DNA of 64,000 nucleotides from an uncultured bacterium (GTDB lineage Bacteria; Pseudomonadota; Alphaproteobacteria; Rhodospirillales; Rhodospirillaceae), in NCBI GenBank assembly GCA_903888485.1, contig CAISTS010000057.1, positions 9,202-73,201 on the forward strand, given 5' to 3'. Below the pieces are notes generated by a model. It worked only from the letters and a program-made list of their open reading frames with translations. It had not been told where the DNA came from and made no database searches. This document shows, piece after piece, positions 9,623 to 18,589 of this stretch (the stretch's first letter is position 1; each line of letters begins with the position of its first letter). The position numbers and the translations under genes were made by a program.

Positions 9623-10377
9623 ACACGCCCGCCGACAATTGGACGCCGCCTTACTCGCTGGAAGAGCGCATCAAGTACACGTTGGTGCCGGCGCGGCTCT
9701 ATATGTGGCGGCTGATCCGCAAGAACCTGCGCAAGGGCGAAGCCGAGCTCAAGTTCCTGCCTCAAATTGTGCCGCGCGAGCGAATCGCCATCGACATCGG
9801 CGCCAACAAGGGCGTCTATACGCATCTGCTGTCGCGGCTCGCGAGCGGCGTCGAAGCCTTCGAGCCCAATCCCAAAATCTACCGAATCCTGACGCGCTAT
9901 CTGCCGCGCAATGTCGTCGCCCATCAGGAGGCGCTGTCCGACAGCGTCGGCACGGCGGAACTGATCGTGCCCATGCACGGCGGCGGCTATTCCAACCAGA
10001 CCGCATCGCTCAATCCGCGCAAGCGCAACGACGGCGCGCGCAGCGTGCGCGTCGCGCAGCGTACACTCGACTCCTACGGTTTCAATAACGTCGGCTTCAT
10101 CAAGATCGATGTCGAGGGTTTCGAGTCCGCGGTCCTCACCGGCGCACGCGAGACCATTTTGCGCGAGCGGCCGATCATGCAGATCGAGCTTGAAGAGCAA
10201 CACACGGGCCGCGATATCGCGGAGAGCATCAAGCAAGTCACCGACTTCGGCATGGACGCCTTTTTCTTGCGGGACGGAAACTTGCGCCCGATCTCGGAAT
10301 TCGACCCCGTCGCGAACCGCGCCGCCCTCGCCCCGCGCATCGGTTACATCAACAATTTCATCTTCAAACCGCGCTAA
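9619..10377 (+). CDS. FkbM-family SAM-dependent methyltransferase
   Basis: Motif IDIGANKGVYT and the FIKIDVEGFE block typical of FkbM-type methyltransferases. GTG 9619 preferred because the upstream part of track ORF 9487 is better explained by the micro-ORF in another frame. Confidence 0.7.
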   Translation: MNTPADNWTPPYSLEERIKYTLVPARLYMWRLIRKNLRKGEAELKFLPQIVPRERIAIDIGANKGVYTHLLSRLASGVEAFEPNPKIYRILTRYLPRNVVAHQEALSDSVGTAELIVPMHGGGYSNQTASLNPRKRNDGARSVRVAQRTLDSYGFNNVGFIKIDVEGFESAVLTGARETILRERPIMQIELEEQHTGRDIAESIKQVTDFGMDAFFLRDGNLRPISEFDPVANRAALAPRIGYINNFIFKPR

Positions 10378-10553
10378 ACCGCCGAGTCCCGGGCCCCCAA
10401 TAAGGCCACGCGCTTGCCCGTGCCAGCCGGACCTGATATGCCACCTGCCATGACGCAGCGGATCATCAGCGGACGAATTACGCCCCCGGCTCTTTAAGAG
10501 AGACCGGGTACCACGCGTTTACTGTCCGTTTTTCATTCCAGGATCCGACTGTC

Positions 10554-11789
10554 ATGACTTCTTCCATATCTCCGCTTTCCGCTGCTTTAGTGCGCGCCGC
10601 GCGCGAACGCACCGCCGGCCAGTTTATCGTCACGCCGACACTACATCGCCCTGCGCTGTCGCAGCTGCTCGCCTGCGAAGTCTACGTCAAATACGAGAAC
10701 ATGCAGCACACCGGCGCCTTCAAGGCGCGCGGCGCCATCAGCAAATTGACGACACTGACGCCCGACCAACGCAAGGCCGGCGTCATCGCCATGTCGGCCG
10801 GCAACCATGCGCAAGGTGTTGCGTATCACGCGACGCGCCTCGGTATACCGGCGACCATCGTCATGCCCAAGGGCACACCCTTCAACAAGACGCGCAAGAC
10901 CAGCGACTACGGCGGCAAGGTCGTGCTCGAAGGCGAGAACTTCACCGAAGCTTCGGCGGCCGCCCAGCGCATCGCCAAGGAGCGCGGCCTGGTCATAATC
11001 CACCCTTACGACGATGCCGAAGTTATCGCCGGCCAGGGCGTCATCGGTTACGAGATGCTGGAAGCAGCACCCGATCTCGACACCATCGTCGTGCCCATCG
11101 GCGGCGGTGGACTCATCAGCGGCATCGCGCTCGCGGCGAAGGATGTGAAACCGTCCGTAGACGTCGTTGGCGTCGAACCCGAGCTTTATCCCTCCATGAC
11201 CAACGCGCTGACACGCGGCAACCGCCCCTGTGCCGGCGCGACGATCGCCGAAGGCATCGCCGTGCGCGACGTGGGCGGCCTGTCGATCCCGGTGGTGAAG
11301 GCTCTCGTGAAAGAAACGCTGACCGTCAGCGAGACCAATCTCGAACGCGGCATCAGCATCTACGCCACCATGGCCAAGACCGTGGCCGAAGGCGCGGGCG
11401 CCGCGCCCTTGGCAGCGCTGCTGGAGCACCCGGAGAAGTTCAAAGGCAAGAAAGTCGGCCTCGTGCTCTCGGGGGGTAACATCGACGCGCGCATGCTCTC
11501 GTCAGTGTTGATGCGCGACCTGGTGCGCGTCGGCCAGATCCTGACGCTGTCCATCGAGATGCCCGACCGCCCCGGCTCGCTGTTCGCCATCGCCGGCATC
11601 TGCGCCGATCTGGGCGCCAACGTGCTCGAAGTCTCGCACGGCCGCTTCGCCCTCGACCTGTCGGCCAACGCCGCGCGGCTGGCCATCACCATCGAGACGC
11701 GCGACCAAGCCCACGCTCAGCAGGTCATGGACCGCATCCGTGCCGCCGGCTTTACGCTGTCGGTGCGCGACCCCAATGAGGGCAATTAG
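10554..11789 (+). CDS. ilvA: threonine ammonia-lyase (threonine dehydratase), short form with one C-terminal regulatory domain
   Basis: PLP-lysine motif FKARGA, SAGNHAQGVA, GGGGLISG, and a C-terminal ACT-like region. Confidence 0.88.
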   Translation: MTSSISPLSAALVRAARERTAGQFIVTPTLHRPALSQLLACEVYVKYENMQHTGAFKARGAISKLTTLTPDQRKAGVIAMSAGNHAQGVAYHATRLGIPATIVMPKGTPFNKTRKTSDYGGKVVLEGENFTEASAAAQRIAKERGLVIIHPYDDAEVIAGQGVIGYEMLEAAPDLDTIVVPIGGGGLISGIALAAKDVKPSVDVVGVEPELYPSMTNALTRGNRPCAGATIAEGIAVRDVGGLSIPVVKALVKETLTVSETNLERGISIYATMAKTVAEGAGAAPLAALLEHPEKFKGKKVGLVLSGGNIDARMLSSVLMRDLVRVGQILTLSIEMPDRPGSLFAIAGICADLGANVLEVSHGRFALDLSANAARLAITIETRDQAHAQQVMDRIRAAGFTLSVRDPNEGN

Positions 11790-11842
11790 CTTGTAGATTC
11801 AATGCGCTTCGACGTTCCCTCGGAACTGGGCTAAAATCGCCC

Positions 11843-12109
11843 ATGACCCAGCGCATCCTGTCTAGACCCCAAGTCGGCAGCCGCATGAAACCGCGGCACG
11901 TCATCATCTGGATGACCGTCGGTGTTTTCATCGTGCTGACCGTGCTGGCGACGCTGTTCTTCGGCGGCATTCCGCCGTGGCCGGTGCTGCTGTGCTTCGC
12001 GATCAGTCACGGCATCTTCTGCCTGATCGTCGCGCGCGTGAAACCCTACCACGGCCCTTACCGCGAACCGCTGCGTGAGCCCGATCCCAAGGATTGGCCG
12101 ACGTTATGA
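11843..12109 (+). CDS. small two-TM membrane protein (hypothetical)
   Basis: 88 aa with two hydrophobic helices. The stop overlaps the next ATG (ATGA at 12106-12109). Confidence 0.5.
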   Translation: MTQRILSRPQVGSRMKPRHVIIWMTVGVFIVLTVLATLFFGGIPPWPVLLCFAISHGIFCLIVARVKPYHGPYREPLREPDPKDWPTL

Positions 12110-12297
12110 GCAAGCGCAAAGACGGCAACGGCAAGCCACCAAAGCTGCGGATGGATACAAGCACGGTCGATGCGCGCCGCGCCGCGCGCAACGTCAAACA
12201 CATCCGCGATAAGATTTCAAAAGCCCTGGACGATCCCGACAAGCGTGAGCAGCTGGTGCGCGCGGTGCGCGACATGATGCACGAGGACAATTCATGA
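12106..12297 (+). CDS. small basic hypothetical protein (63 aa from ATG 12106)
   Basis: MSKRKDGNGKPPKLRMD... ATGA-coupled at both ends (12106-12109 and 12294-12297). Confidence 0.45.
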   Translation: MSKRKDGNGKPPKLRMDTSTVDARRAARNVKHIRDKISKALDDPDKREQLVRAVRDMMHEDNS

Positions 12298-13388
12298 AGA
12301 CCCTTGGTTTCGTTTTACTCGCCGCCGCCCTCGCATCTGCAACGCCGCTGGCCGCCGCCGAAACCGCCGCCGATGTGATCAAAGCCTTCGGCCTGCGCGA
12401 GTCTGCAAAACCCATGCGCGAGGTGCAGGGCTGGACCAAACCCATGAAGATCGCGGTCATCGTCGATTCAGCCGAGCGCCTCGCCTGGATTCAGCAAGAG
12501 GTCAAGGGCGTCACCTTGGTGCCCATTCGCGTCCCCAAGGACGCGGCCGCCGCCATCGCCGACGCCGATGCTTATGTTGGGGTTTGTACGCTCCCGCTGA
12601 TCTCCTCGGCCAAGAAGTTGCGGTGGATCCAAACCCAGCAAGCCGGCGTCGAAGATTGTCTCGCGCCGAACGTCATGGCGGGCGGCATTGTCGTCACCAA
12701 CGTCCAGCGCCTCAACGGACCCAACGTCGCCGAACACGCCATGGCGTTGTTGCTCGCCGTCAGCCGCCAACTCAATGTCGCGCTCGAGAACCAGCTTGAG
12801 GGCAAATGGGACCCGCGCACCATGACCGACGCTGTCGATCTCGACGGCAAAACCATGCTGATTGCCGGCCTCGGCGGCATCGGCACCGAGATCGCCAAGC
12901 GCGCCCATGCGTTCGGCATGAAGATTATCGCGACCCGCGCCACCAGCCGCGAGGCCCCGGATTTTGTCGCCAAGGTGGGCCTTGCGAGCGAACTGCCGCA
13001 GATGATCGGCGAGGCCGACGTGGTGGTGAACGTGACGCCCTTCACGCCCGAGACCACCAAGATGTTCGACGCCGCCATGTTCAAGCGCATGAAAGACGGC
13101 GCGATCTTCATCAATGTCGGCCGCGGCGAGAGCGTCGTGACCGATGATCTGGTGGAAGCGCTGGACAGCGGCAAGCTGCGCGGCGCGGGGATCGACGTCA
13201 CCGACCCCGATCCCCTGCCCAACAACCACAAACTCTGGACGTCGCCGAACGTGATCATCACGCCGCACACCGGCGCTACGTCCGAGATCAAGCGCGAGCG
13301 CGTCTGGCTGCTAATGCGCGAGAACATGCGCCGCTACGTCGCCGGCGACAAAATGCTCTCGGTCGTGGATGTGAAGAAAGGTTACTAG
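12294..13388 (+). CDS. D-isomer-specific 2-hydroxyacid dehydrogenase family protein with an N-terminal signal-peptide-like segment
   Basis: NAD fold GLGGIGTEIAKRAHAFGMKIIATR and catalytic region ITPHTGA. The N-terminus MKTLGFVLLAAALASATPLAAAE looks like a Sec signal. Confidence 0.8.
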   Translation: MKTLGFVLLAAALASATPLAAAETAADVIKAFGLRESAKPMREVQGWTKPMKIAVIVDSAERLAWIQQEVKGVTLVPIRVPKDAAAAIADADAYVGVCTLPLISSAKKLRWIQTQQAGVEDCLAPNVMAGGIVVTNVQRLNGPNVAEHAMALLLAVSRQLNVALENQLEGKWDPRTMTDAVDLDGKTMLIAGLGGIGTEIAKRAHAFGMKIIATRATSREAPDFVAKVGLASELPQMIGEADVVVNVTPFTPETTKMFDAAMFKRMKDGAIFINVGRGESVVTDDLVEALDSGKLRGAGIDVTDPDPLPNNHKLWTSPNVIITPHTGATSEIKRERVWLLMRENMRRYVAGDKMLSVVDVKKGY

Positions 13389-13777
13389 CGGCGCCTACGC
13401 GGCGACGCACCGGCCCGGCCGCGCCGCGACTTGGGCCGAATCGCGTCGGCCTTGCGTTTGCGCAGCGCCGCCGCGAAAGCCTTCTCGGCCCAGGCGCAGA
13501 GCTCGCCCGCCTCTTCCATCACGTCCTCGGGCACATACCAATAGGACAGTATGATCTCACGGCCTTTGGCCTTGTAGACGAAGGGCTCGGACTTCTTGGC
13601 CTCGAAGTCGGCGCGGTTTTCGTCATCGACCTTGAAGAACAGCTCGCCCTCGGCGATGAGGCCGAACATAACGCCGCTTTTGTAGAGGCCGTGCCCGCCG
13701 AACATGGGCCGCGCGCTTACCGCTCCGAAGTTTTGCAGTTGTTCGACGACATAGTCAGGGAAAAAGACGTCAGCCAC
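13385..13777 (-). CDS. TfoX/Sxy N-terminal-domain family protein
   Basis: 130 aa with the TfoX-N-like core RPMFGGHGLYKSGVMFGLI and a basic C-terminal tail. Confidence 0.65.
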   Translation of the reverse strand: MADVFFPDYVVEQLQNFGAVSARPMFGGHGLYKSGVMFGLIAEGELFFKVDDENRADFEAKKSEPFVYKAKGREIILSYWYVPEDVMEEAGELCAWAEKAFAAALRKRKADAIRPKSRRGRAGASPRRRR

Positions 13778-13786
13778 GGCGCGCCC

Positions 13787-14569
13787 TTACGAGAACGTGA
13801 ACTTTGGTTTGCGCTTGCCGAGGAAGGCGGCGCGGCCTTCCTTGAAATCTTCGGCGAGGAACGAGCCGGTGAACACCGCGCGCGTCTCTTTCGTTTCCTC
13901 ACTGAGGCCATCGACGATCTGCTGCACCACCCGCTTCATGCCGCGCGCGGCATACTGCGAGGCTTCACAGATCTGCGCGGCATAGTCGGCGACGGCTTTG
14001 TCGAGCGCTTCGGGCGCCACCAGCCAATCGATCATGCCGTAGTCCAGGGCCTCTTCAGCGGAAACGATGCGCCCGGTGAACAGAATGTCTTTGGCGCGCG
14101 ACGGGCCAACAGCGTCCACCAGCCGCTTGGTGTCGAGGGCCGGGTAGATCACACCGAGCTTGGCGGGCGTTATGCCGAACTTAGCGGAAGGATCGGCGAA
14201 ACGCAGATCGCAGCACAATGCGATACCGTTACCGCCGCCGACGCAGGCCCCGCGGACTTTGGCGATAGTCGGCTTGGCGCAAAGATGCAGGCGCTTCTGG
14301 GACTGATAGATCAACTCCGCCGCACCATCCAGCCACGCGCGGTCTTCAAGGCCCTTGCCCAGTTCCTCGATGTCCTGGCCGGCGGCGAAGACGCCGCCCT
14401 GGCCGGTGACGATCACCACCTTCACAGCCCGGTCGTTCTCGGCCGCTTCGACGCAGGCAATGAGCTGCGTCCACATCTCGGCATTCAGCGCATTGCGCTT
14501 GTCCGGGCGGTTGAGATGGATCGTGGCAACCGCACCGTCGCGGCTGAGATAAACGGCGTCTTTGGACAT
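13787..14569 (-). CDS. enoyl-CoA hydratase/isomerase (crotonase) family protein
   Basis: Crotonase-fold motifs: LNRPDKRNALN, VIVTGQGGVFAAGQDI, ACVGGGNGIAL. Confidence 0.85.
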   Translation of the reverse strand: MSKDAVYLSRDGAVATIHLNRPDKRNALNAEMWTQLIACVEAAENDRAVKVVIVTGQGGVFAAGQDIEELGKGLEDRAWLDGAAELIYQSQKRLHLCAKPTIAKVRGACVGGGNGIALCCDLRFADPSAKFGITPAKLGVIYPALDTKRLVDAVGPSRAKDILFTGRIVSAEEALDYGMIDWLVAPEALDKAVADYAAQICEASQYAARGMKRVVQQIVDGLSEETKETRAVFTGSFLAEDFKEGRAAFLGKRKPKFTFS

Positions 14570-14675
14570 CGGGAGAGAACTCTGATCAGTGGCGTTCTCC
14601 CTGTTCTAGCCTAAGTCGCGGGCGAAGCGGTAGGCCGGGAAAGACGCCGCGCTTGCCAGACGTTATGCTGCGGGT

Positions 14676-15917
14676 ATGGCGCTCGCTTTCGACTTCTCGG
14701 CCATGCGCGCGACGCTGGCCAATCGCAATTTTGCCCTGTTCACGGCCGGTAATGGGGTCTCGCTGGTCGGCAGCTGGGTGCAGCGTGTGGCCATCGGCTG
14801 GCTGACCTGGGAGCTGACCCACTCGCCCGCCTGGCTGGGCGCGGTGTCCATGGCCGAGTTCCTCCCGGTGATTTTCCTGGCACCGCTCACCGGCGTCATG
14901 GCCGACCGCTTCGACCGCCGGCGCATCACCCTCATCGGCCAGATCGTCGCGACTGTGCAGGCCACTGTTCTGGCCGTGCTGACGCTCACCGGTCACATCA
15001 CGCCCGTGCTCATCCTGATGATGCAGATCATGATCGGCCTGGTGGCGCCGCTGATCCAGACGGCGCGCCTGGTGATCGTGCCGTCGCTGCTGCCGCGCGA
15101 GCAGGTGGGCCAGGCGGTCGCGATCACCTCGCTGGTCTTCAACCTCGCGCGCATCATCGGCCCGGCGCTGTCCGGGTTGATGATCGCGGGGATTGGCGCG
15201 GGCTGGGCCTTTGCCGTTAACGCCGTGTCGTATTTGTTCGTCGTCGCCTCGGTGATGAAACTCACGCTCCCGCCCCATCAGCCGCGCGCGGCGATGCAGG
15301 TGCCCCTGCTGCACGGCCTTTGGAGCGATTTCCTCGGCGGCTGGCGCTACACCTTCACGCACGCGACCTTGCGCTGGGTGCTGCCGGTGATCTTCGTGAG
15401 TTCGGTGATGAGCTGGCCGGTCAGCGACTTACTCGCCGGCATCGCAGACCATGAATTCGGCCGCGGCGTCACGGGCCTTGCGATCTTTGCTTCGGCTCAA
15501 GGCGTGGGCGCGATCCTGGGCGGCCTCTTCCTTGCACAGCGCCCAGGGGGAAAGGAGGGCGGCAAGGAGATGGGGGCGCTGTTCGTGCGCGCGACCATCC
15601 TCAACGGCGCCTTTCTCGTCGGATTCGCGCTCACCGACATCTTTTGGCTGGCGGTACCGCTCTACGCGACCTTCGGCATGTTCATGGTGATGGGCGGCGC
15701 GACCTCGCAGACCGTCATTCAGACTCACGCTGCCGAGGACATGCGCGGGCGGACCATCAGCATCTGGTACACCATCACGCGCGTGGGTCTGGCCTTTGGC
15801 GCGCTAATCCTGGGCACACTCGCCGATGCCTTTGGCTTCGCTGTACCGCTCGCCGCGGCCGGCCTCATCACCGCGGTCACGGCGGCGGCAATCTGGCACC
15901 GCCGCGCCGACCGCTAA
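14676..15917 (+). CDS. MFS transporter (EntS/MFS_3-like)
   Basis: 413 aa with about 12 predicted TM helices and the loop motif GVMADRFDRRR typical of MFS. Confidence 0.8.
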   Translation: MALAFDFSAMRATLANRNFALFTAGNGVSLVGSWVQRVAIGWLTWELTHSPAWLGAVSMAEFLPVIFLAPLTGVMADRFDRRRITLIGQIVATVQATVLAVLTLTGHITPVLILMMQIMIGLVAPLIQTARLVIVPSLLPREQVGQAVAITSLVFNLARIIGPALSGLMIAGIGAGWAFAVNAVSYLFVVASVMKLTLPPHQPRAAMQVPLLHGLWSDFLGGWRYTFTHATLRWVLPVIFVSSVMSWPVSDLLAGIADHEFGRGVTGLAIFASAQGVGAILGGLFLAQRPGGKEGGKEMGALFVRATILNGAFLVGFALTDIFWLAVPLYATFGMFMVMGGATSQTVIQTHAAEDMRGRTISIWYTITRVGLAFGALILGTLADAFGFAVPLAAAGLITAVTAAAIWHRRADR

Positions 15918-16002
15918 AGCATTCCAATACAAATATAATTTGGCCGGCCTTTATCGCCGGGAGTTTGTGGCCTATATCAGCGGGCAGCATCAGGAGCATC
16001 AC

Positions 16003-16617
16003 ATGACCGCCAAAGTCCTTTCCGCCGCCGCCGTCGTTGCCCTCGCCGGCATCGCTGTCTTCTCCTACAGCCATGCGCGCGGCCCGGGCGGTGCGGAACC
16101 AGCGGTCCAGACCGCGGCCGCAGCCGCCGACGGCACGCCGATCAACGCCTGCACCCTTCTCACCGACGCCGAGGTTTCAGCCGCCGTGGGCGCGACCGTG
16201 ACTCCCGCCGAGCGCCGCGACGACGGCTTTGTCGGCGGCCAGGGCAAGTACGCGCCTGAAGGCACCTACTCCTCCACCTGCTTCTGGCAATTCCACGCCG
16301 ACGCCACCGGCAAGAATGATCCGACGCTGCCCATGGGCGGCAAGCGCTTCGCCATCCTCAACGCCATGGTCTGGCCGACGGAGAAAGACGCATCGGGCTT
16401 CCTGCAAAGCTTCCGCGACGCCTTCAAGGAAGAGATCATTCCAAGCAATCCGGTCACGATCGACATCGGCGAAGAGGGCCTGTGGTGGGGCGATGGCACC
16501 GCCGTGCGCAAAGGCAAGAAGAGCTTCGGCATGTCGGTGTTCCTGCAGAACGGCGACAAGGAAAGCCAGCGCAAGATGGAAGAGACGCTGGCGCGTAAAA
16601 TCGAAAAGCGCATCTGA
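16003..16617 (+). CDS. secreted hypothetical protein
   Basis: ATG 16003 is preceded by AGGAG with a 6-nt spacer. Signal/anchor MTAKVLSAAAVVALAGIAVFS. The upstream part of the track ORF overlaps the MFS gene. Confidence 0.55.
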   Translation: MTAKVLSAAAVVALAGIAVFSYSHARGPGGAEPAVQTAAAAADGTPINACTLLTDAEVSAAVGATVTPAERRDDGFVGGQGKYAPEGTYSSTCFWQFHADATGKNDPTLPMGGKRFAILNAMVWPTEKDASGFLQSFRDAFKEEIIPSNPVTIDIGEEGLWWGDGTAVRKGKKSFGMSVFLQNGDKESQRKMEETLARKIEKRI

Positions 16618-17402
16618 TGAAAGATGGCGGCGCCGGGCTTGTCCTGCGCCGTGATGCCGGGGGCGTCACAACCTTCACGCTGAATCGTCCCGAGCAGCGC
16701 AACGCGCTGACGCGCGCGCTCATTGACGAAGCCATCGCCGCGCTTGCCGCCATCAAGGACGATACATCCGTCAAGGTTGTGGTGTTGACCGGGGCCGGTC
16801 CGGCCTTTTGTTCCGGCCACGATCTTAAGGAGCTGCGTGCCAACAACGATCCGGCCTGGACACGCGATCTCTTCCAGACCTGTAGCGATTTGATGCTGGC
16901 GATGACACGCCTGCCGCAGCCGATCATCGCGCGTGTGCACGGTATCGCCACCGCCGCCGGCTGTCAGCTTGTCGCGACCGCCGATCTCGCCGTTGCCGCC
17001 GATTCGGCGACCTTCGCGACGCCGGGTGTGAACATCGGGCTCTTCTGCTCGACGCCAATGGTGGCGCTGTCGCGCAACGTCGGGCGCAAGAAAGCCATGG
17101 AAATGCTGCTGGTCGGCAAGCCGCTCACGGCCAAGGACGCGGAGACCGCCGGGCTCATCAACATGGCGGTCGCGCCGGACAAGCTGGATGAGACGGTCTA
17201 TGGCCTCGCCCAGGTCATCGCCGGCAAGTCGTCCAAGATCCTCGCCATCGGTAAGCGCGCGTTCTATGAGCAGATCGAGCTCGGTCTGGCCGACTCTTAC
17301 GCGCTTGCCGGCGCGGTCATGTGCAAGAACATGCTCGAAGGCGACACCACCGAAGGCATCGACGCCTTCCTCGGCAAGCGCAAGCCCGTCTGGAGCAACT
17401 AG
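16617..17402 (+). CDS. enoyl-CoA hydratase/isomerase family protein
   Basis: LNRPEQRNALT, VVLTGAGPAFCSGHDL, ATAAGCQL. TGATG 1-nt overlap with the upstream gene. Confidence 0.85.
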   Translation: MKDGGAGLVLRRDAGGVTTFTLNRPEQRNALTRALIDEAIAALAAIKDDTSVKVVVLTGAGPAFCSGHDLKELRANNDPAWTRDLFQTCSDLMLAMTRLPQPIIARVHGIATAAGCQLVATADLAVAADSATFATPGVNIGLFCSTPMVALSRNVGRKKAMEMLLVGKPLTAKDAETAGLINMAVAPDKLDETVYGLAQVIAGKSSKILAIGKRAFYEQIELGLADSYALAGAVMCKNMLEGDTTEGIDAFLGKRKPVWSN

Positions 17403-17803
17403 TTCCTTTTCACCGCCATCGCCGCGCCGACCGCAAATGCGATCCAGCCGCCCATGGCCGCGAACCCGCCCCAGGGCGCGAAGAACGCCGGTCCATAAAA
17501 TGACAGCGAATAAAGCGCCGTCGGGAACAGGAGCGCTCCTAGCCCGAGCAACACCACACCTACCCGCAGGACGCTACGCGCGCGTCCCGGCGCCAGTTGC
17601 TCGCCGATGATGGTCACGAGGACAATGCCGAGGGCGTGGGTGATCTGGAAGCCCGTGGCGATCTTGAACCACTCGAGGGCTTGCGCGCCGGTGGGCGCGA
17701 TGTTGATCAGCCCGTGCGAGGTGAGCGCGGCGGCCGCGACGGAGATCAACGCCAGCAGCGCGGCGGCGATATAGGAAGCGGCGGCAAAGGGACTGAGGGT
17801 CAT
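17399..17803 (-). CDS. DUF423-like small membrane protein
   Basis: 134 aa with four hydrophobic helices. The DUF423 (YgdD-like) call is by eye only. Confidence 0.55.
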   Translation of the reverse strand: MTLSPFAAASYIAAALLALISVAAAALTSHGLINIAPTGAQALEWFKIATGFQITHALGIVLVTIIGEQLAPGRARSVLRVGVVLLGLGALLFPTALYSLSFYGPAFFAPWGGFAAMGGWIAFAVGAAMAVKRN

Positions 17804-17812
17804 GGTCTCTCC

Positions 17813-18451
17813 TTAGCGCGCCTGAAGCGCGAGGGCTTTTTCGAGGGCGCGGAAGCCTTCGAGGAACTGGCGCTCAGCCTCGGCCGCGGGCAGCGGCGTC
17901 AACTTCACGTCCTTGAGCGGCTTTTCCTTGAAGGACAGCACGCTGCGGCACTCGGCGGCGGTGAAACCGGCCAGTTGCACGGCTTCGGTGGCGGCGGCAA
18001 TCTGGTCGGCCTTCTTGATGAGCACCTTGTCGGCCGGCGCCAGCACCGGGGCCAGGCCGAAGCGCAGGAAAATGGCCCTCGTCAGGCGCAGCTCGACCTC
18101 CTTGAAGACATCCCCGACCACCGCCTTGAGGGGCGTAATCAGGTCGTGGGTGACGTATTCCGAGGCATCGTGCAGCTTGGCCGCCAGCAACAGGCGCGCT
18201 GTCGCCTTTGGTTTAATACGGCGCACTATCTCAACCACGAGGTCAGAATGCTGGGCGACGCTCCAGGCGTGAGGGCCCTGGGTCTGACCGTTCCAGCGAG
18301 TGTTCCGGGCTAGACCAAGGGCAATGTCCTCGATCTCGATGTCGAGCGGCGACGGGTCGACGAGGTTCAGGCGCCGCCCGGACAGCATACGCTGCCAGGT
18401 CCGTGGAGCATGGGCGGCCAGATGGGCCGCCTGCGCGGATGCCGGTTTCAC
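17813..18451 (-). CDS. HD-domain phosphohydrolase family protein
   Basis: His...HD...D pattern: SVAQHSDLV, KLHDASEYVTHDLITP. Confidence 0.65.
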   Translation of the reverse strand: MKPASAQAAHLAAHAPRTWQRMLSGRRLNLVDPSPLDIEIEDIALGLARNTRWNGQTQGPHAWSVAQHSDLVVEIVRRIKPKATARLLLAAKLHDASEYVTHDLITPLKAVVGDVFKEVELRLTRAIFLRFGLAPVLAPADKVLIKKADQIAAATEAVQLAGFTAAECRSVLSFKEKPLKDVKLTPLPAAEAERQFLEGFRALEKALALQAR

Positions 18452-18506
18452 TTTGGAATCCCTCGTGACGGGTTTAAATTTGTTAACAGAAAGAATACCT
18501 TAAAGT

Positions 18507-18526
18507 TTCTGGAGCAGCTTCCAGAA
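18507..18526. promoter_or_regulatory. palindromic operator-like site TTCTGGA-N6-TCCAGAA
   Basis: Perfect 7-bp inverted repeat inside the AT-rich divergent intergenic region between the HD-domain gene and the receiver gene. Confidence 0.3.
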
Positions 18527-18589
18527 GATTGGGGCGAATGCCGCCGCCGTGGGTGGGCCCGGGCGGGGCAAAAATCTGAGCACGACGCT

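Noticed and set aside
10438-10507. Leader peptide/attenuator upstream of ilvA: 19-codon ORF MPPAMTQRIISGRITPPAL with a bulged hairpin around its stop
   Set aside because: It has only three Ile codons and no Val/Leu run. There is no SD, and no stem directly followed by a T-tract. This is insufficient for an attenuation call.
18507-18526. Sigma-54 promoter reading of CTGGAGCAGCTTCC
   Set aside because: The GG and GC dinucleotides are not at the required -24/-12 spacing, and TTGC is absent.
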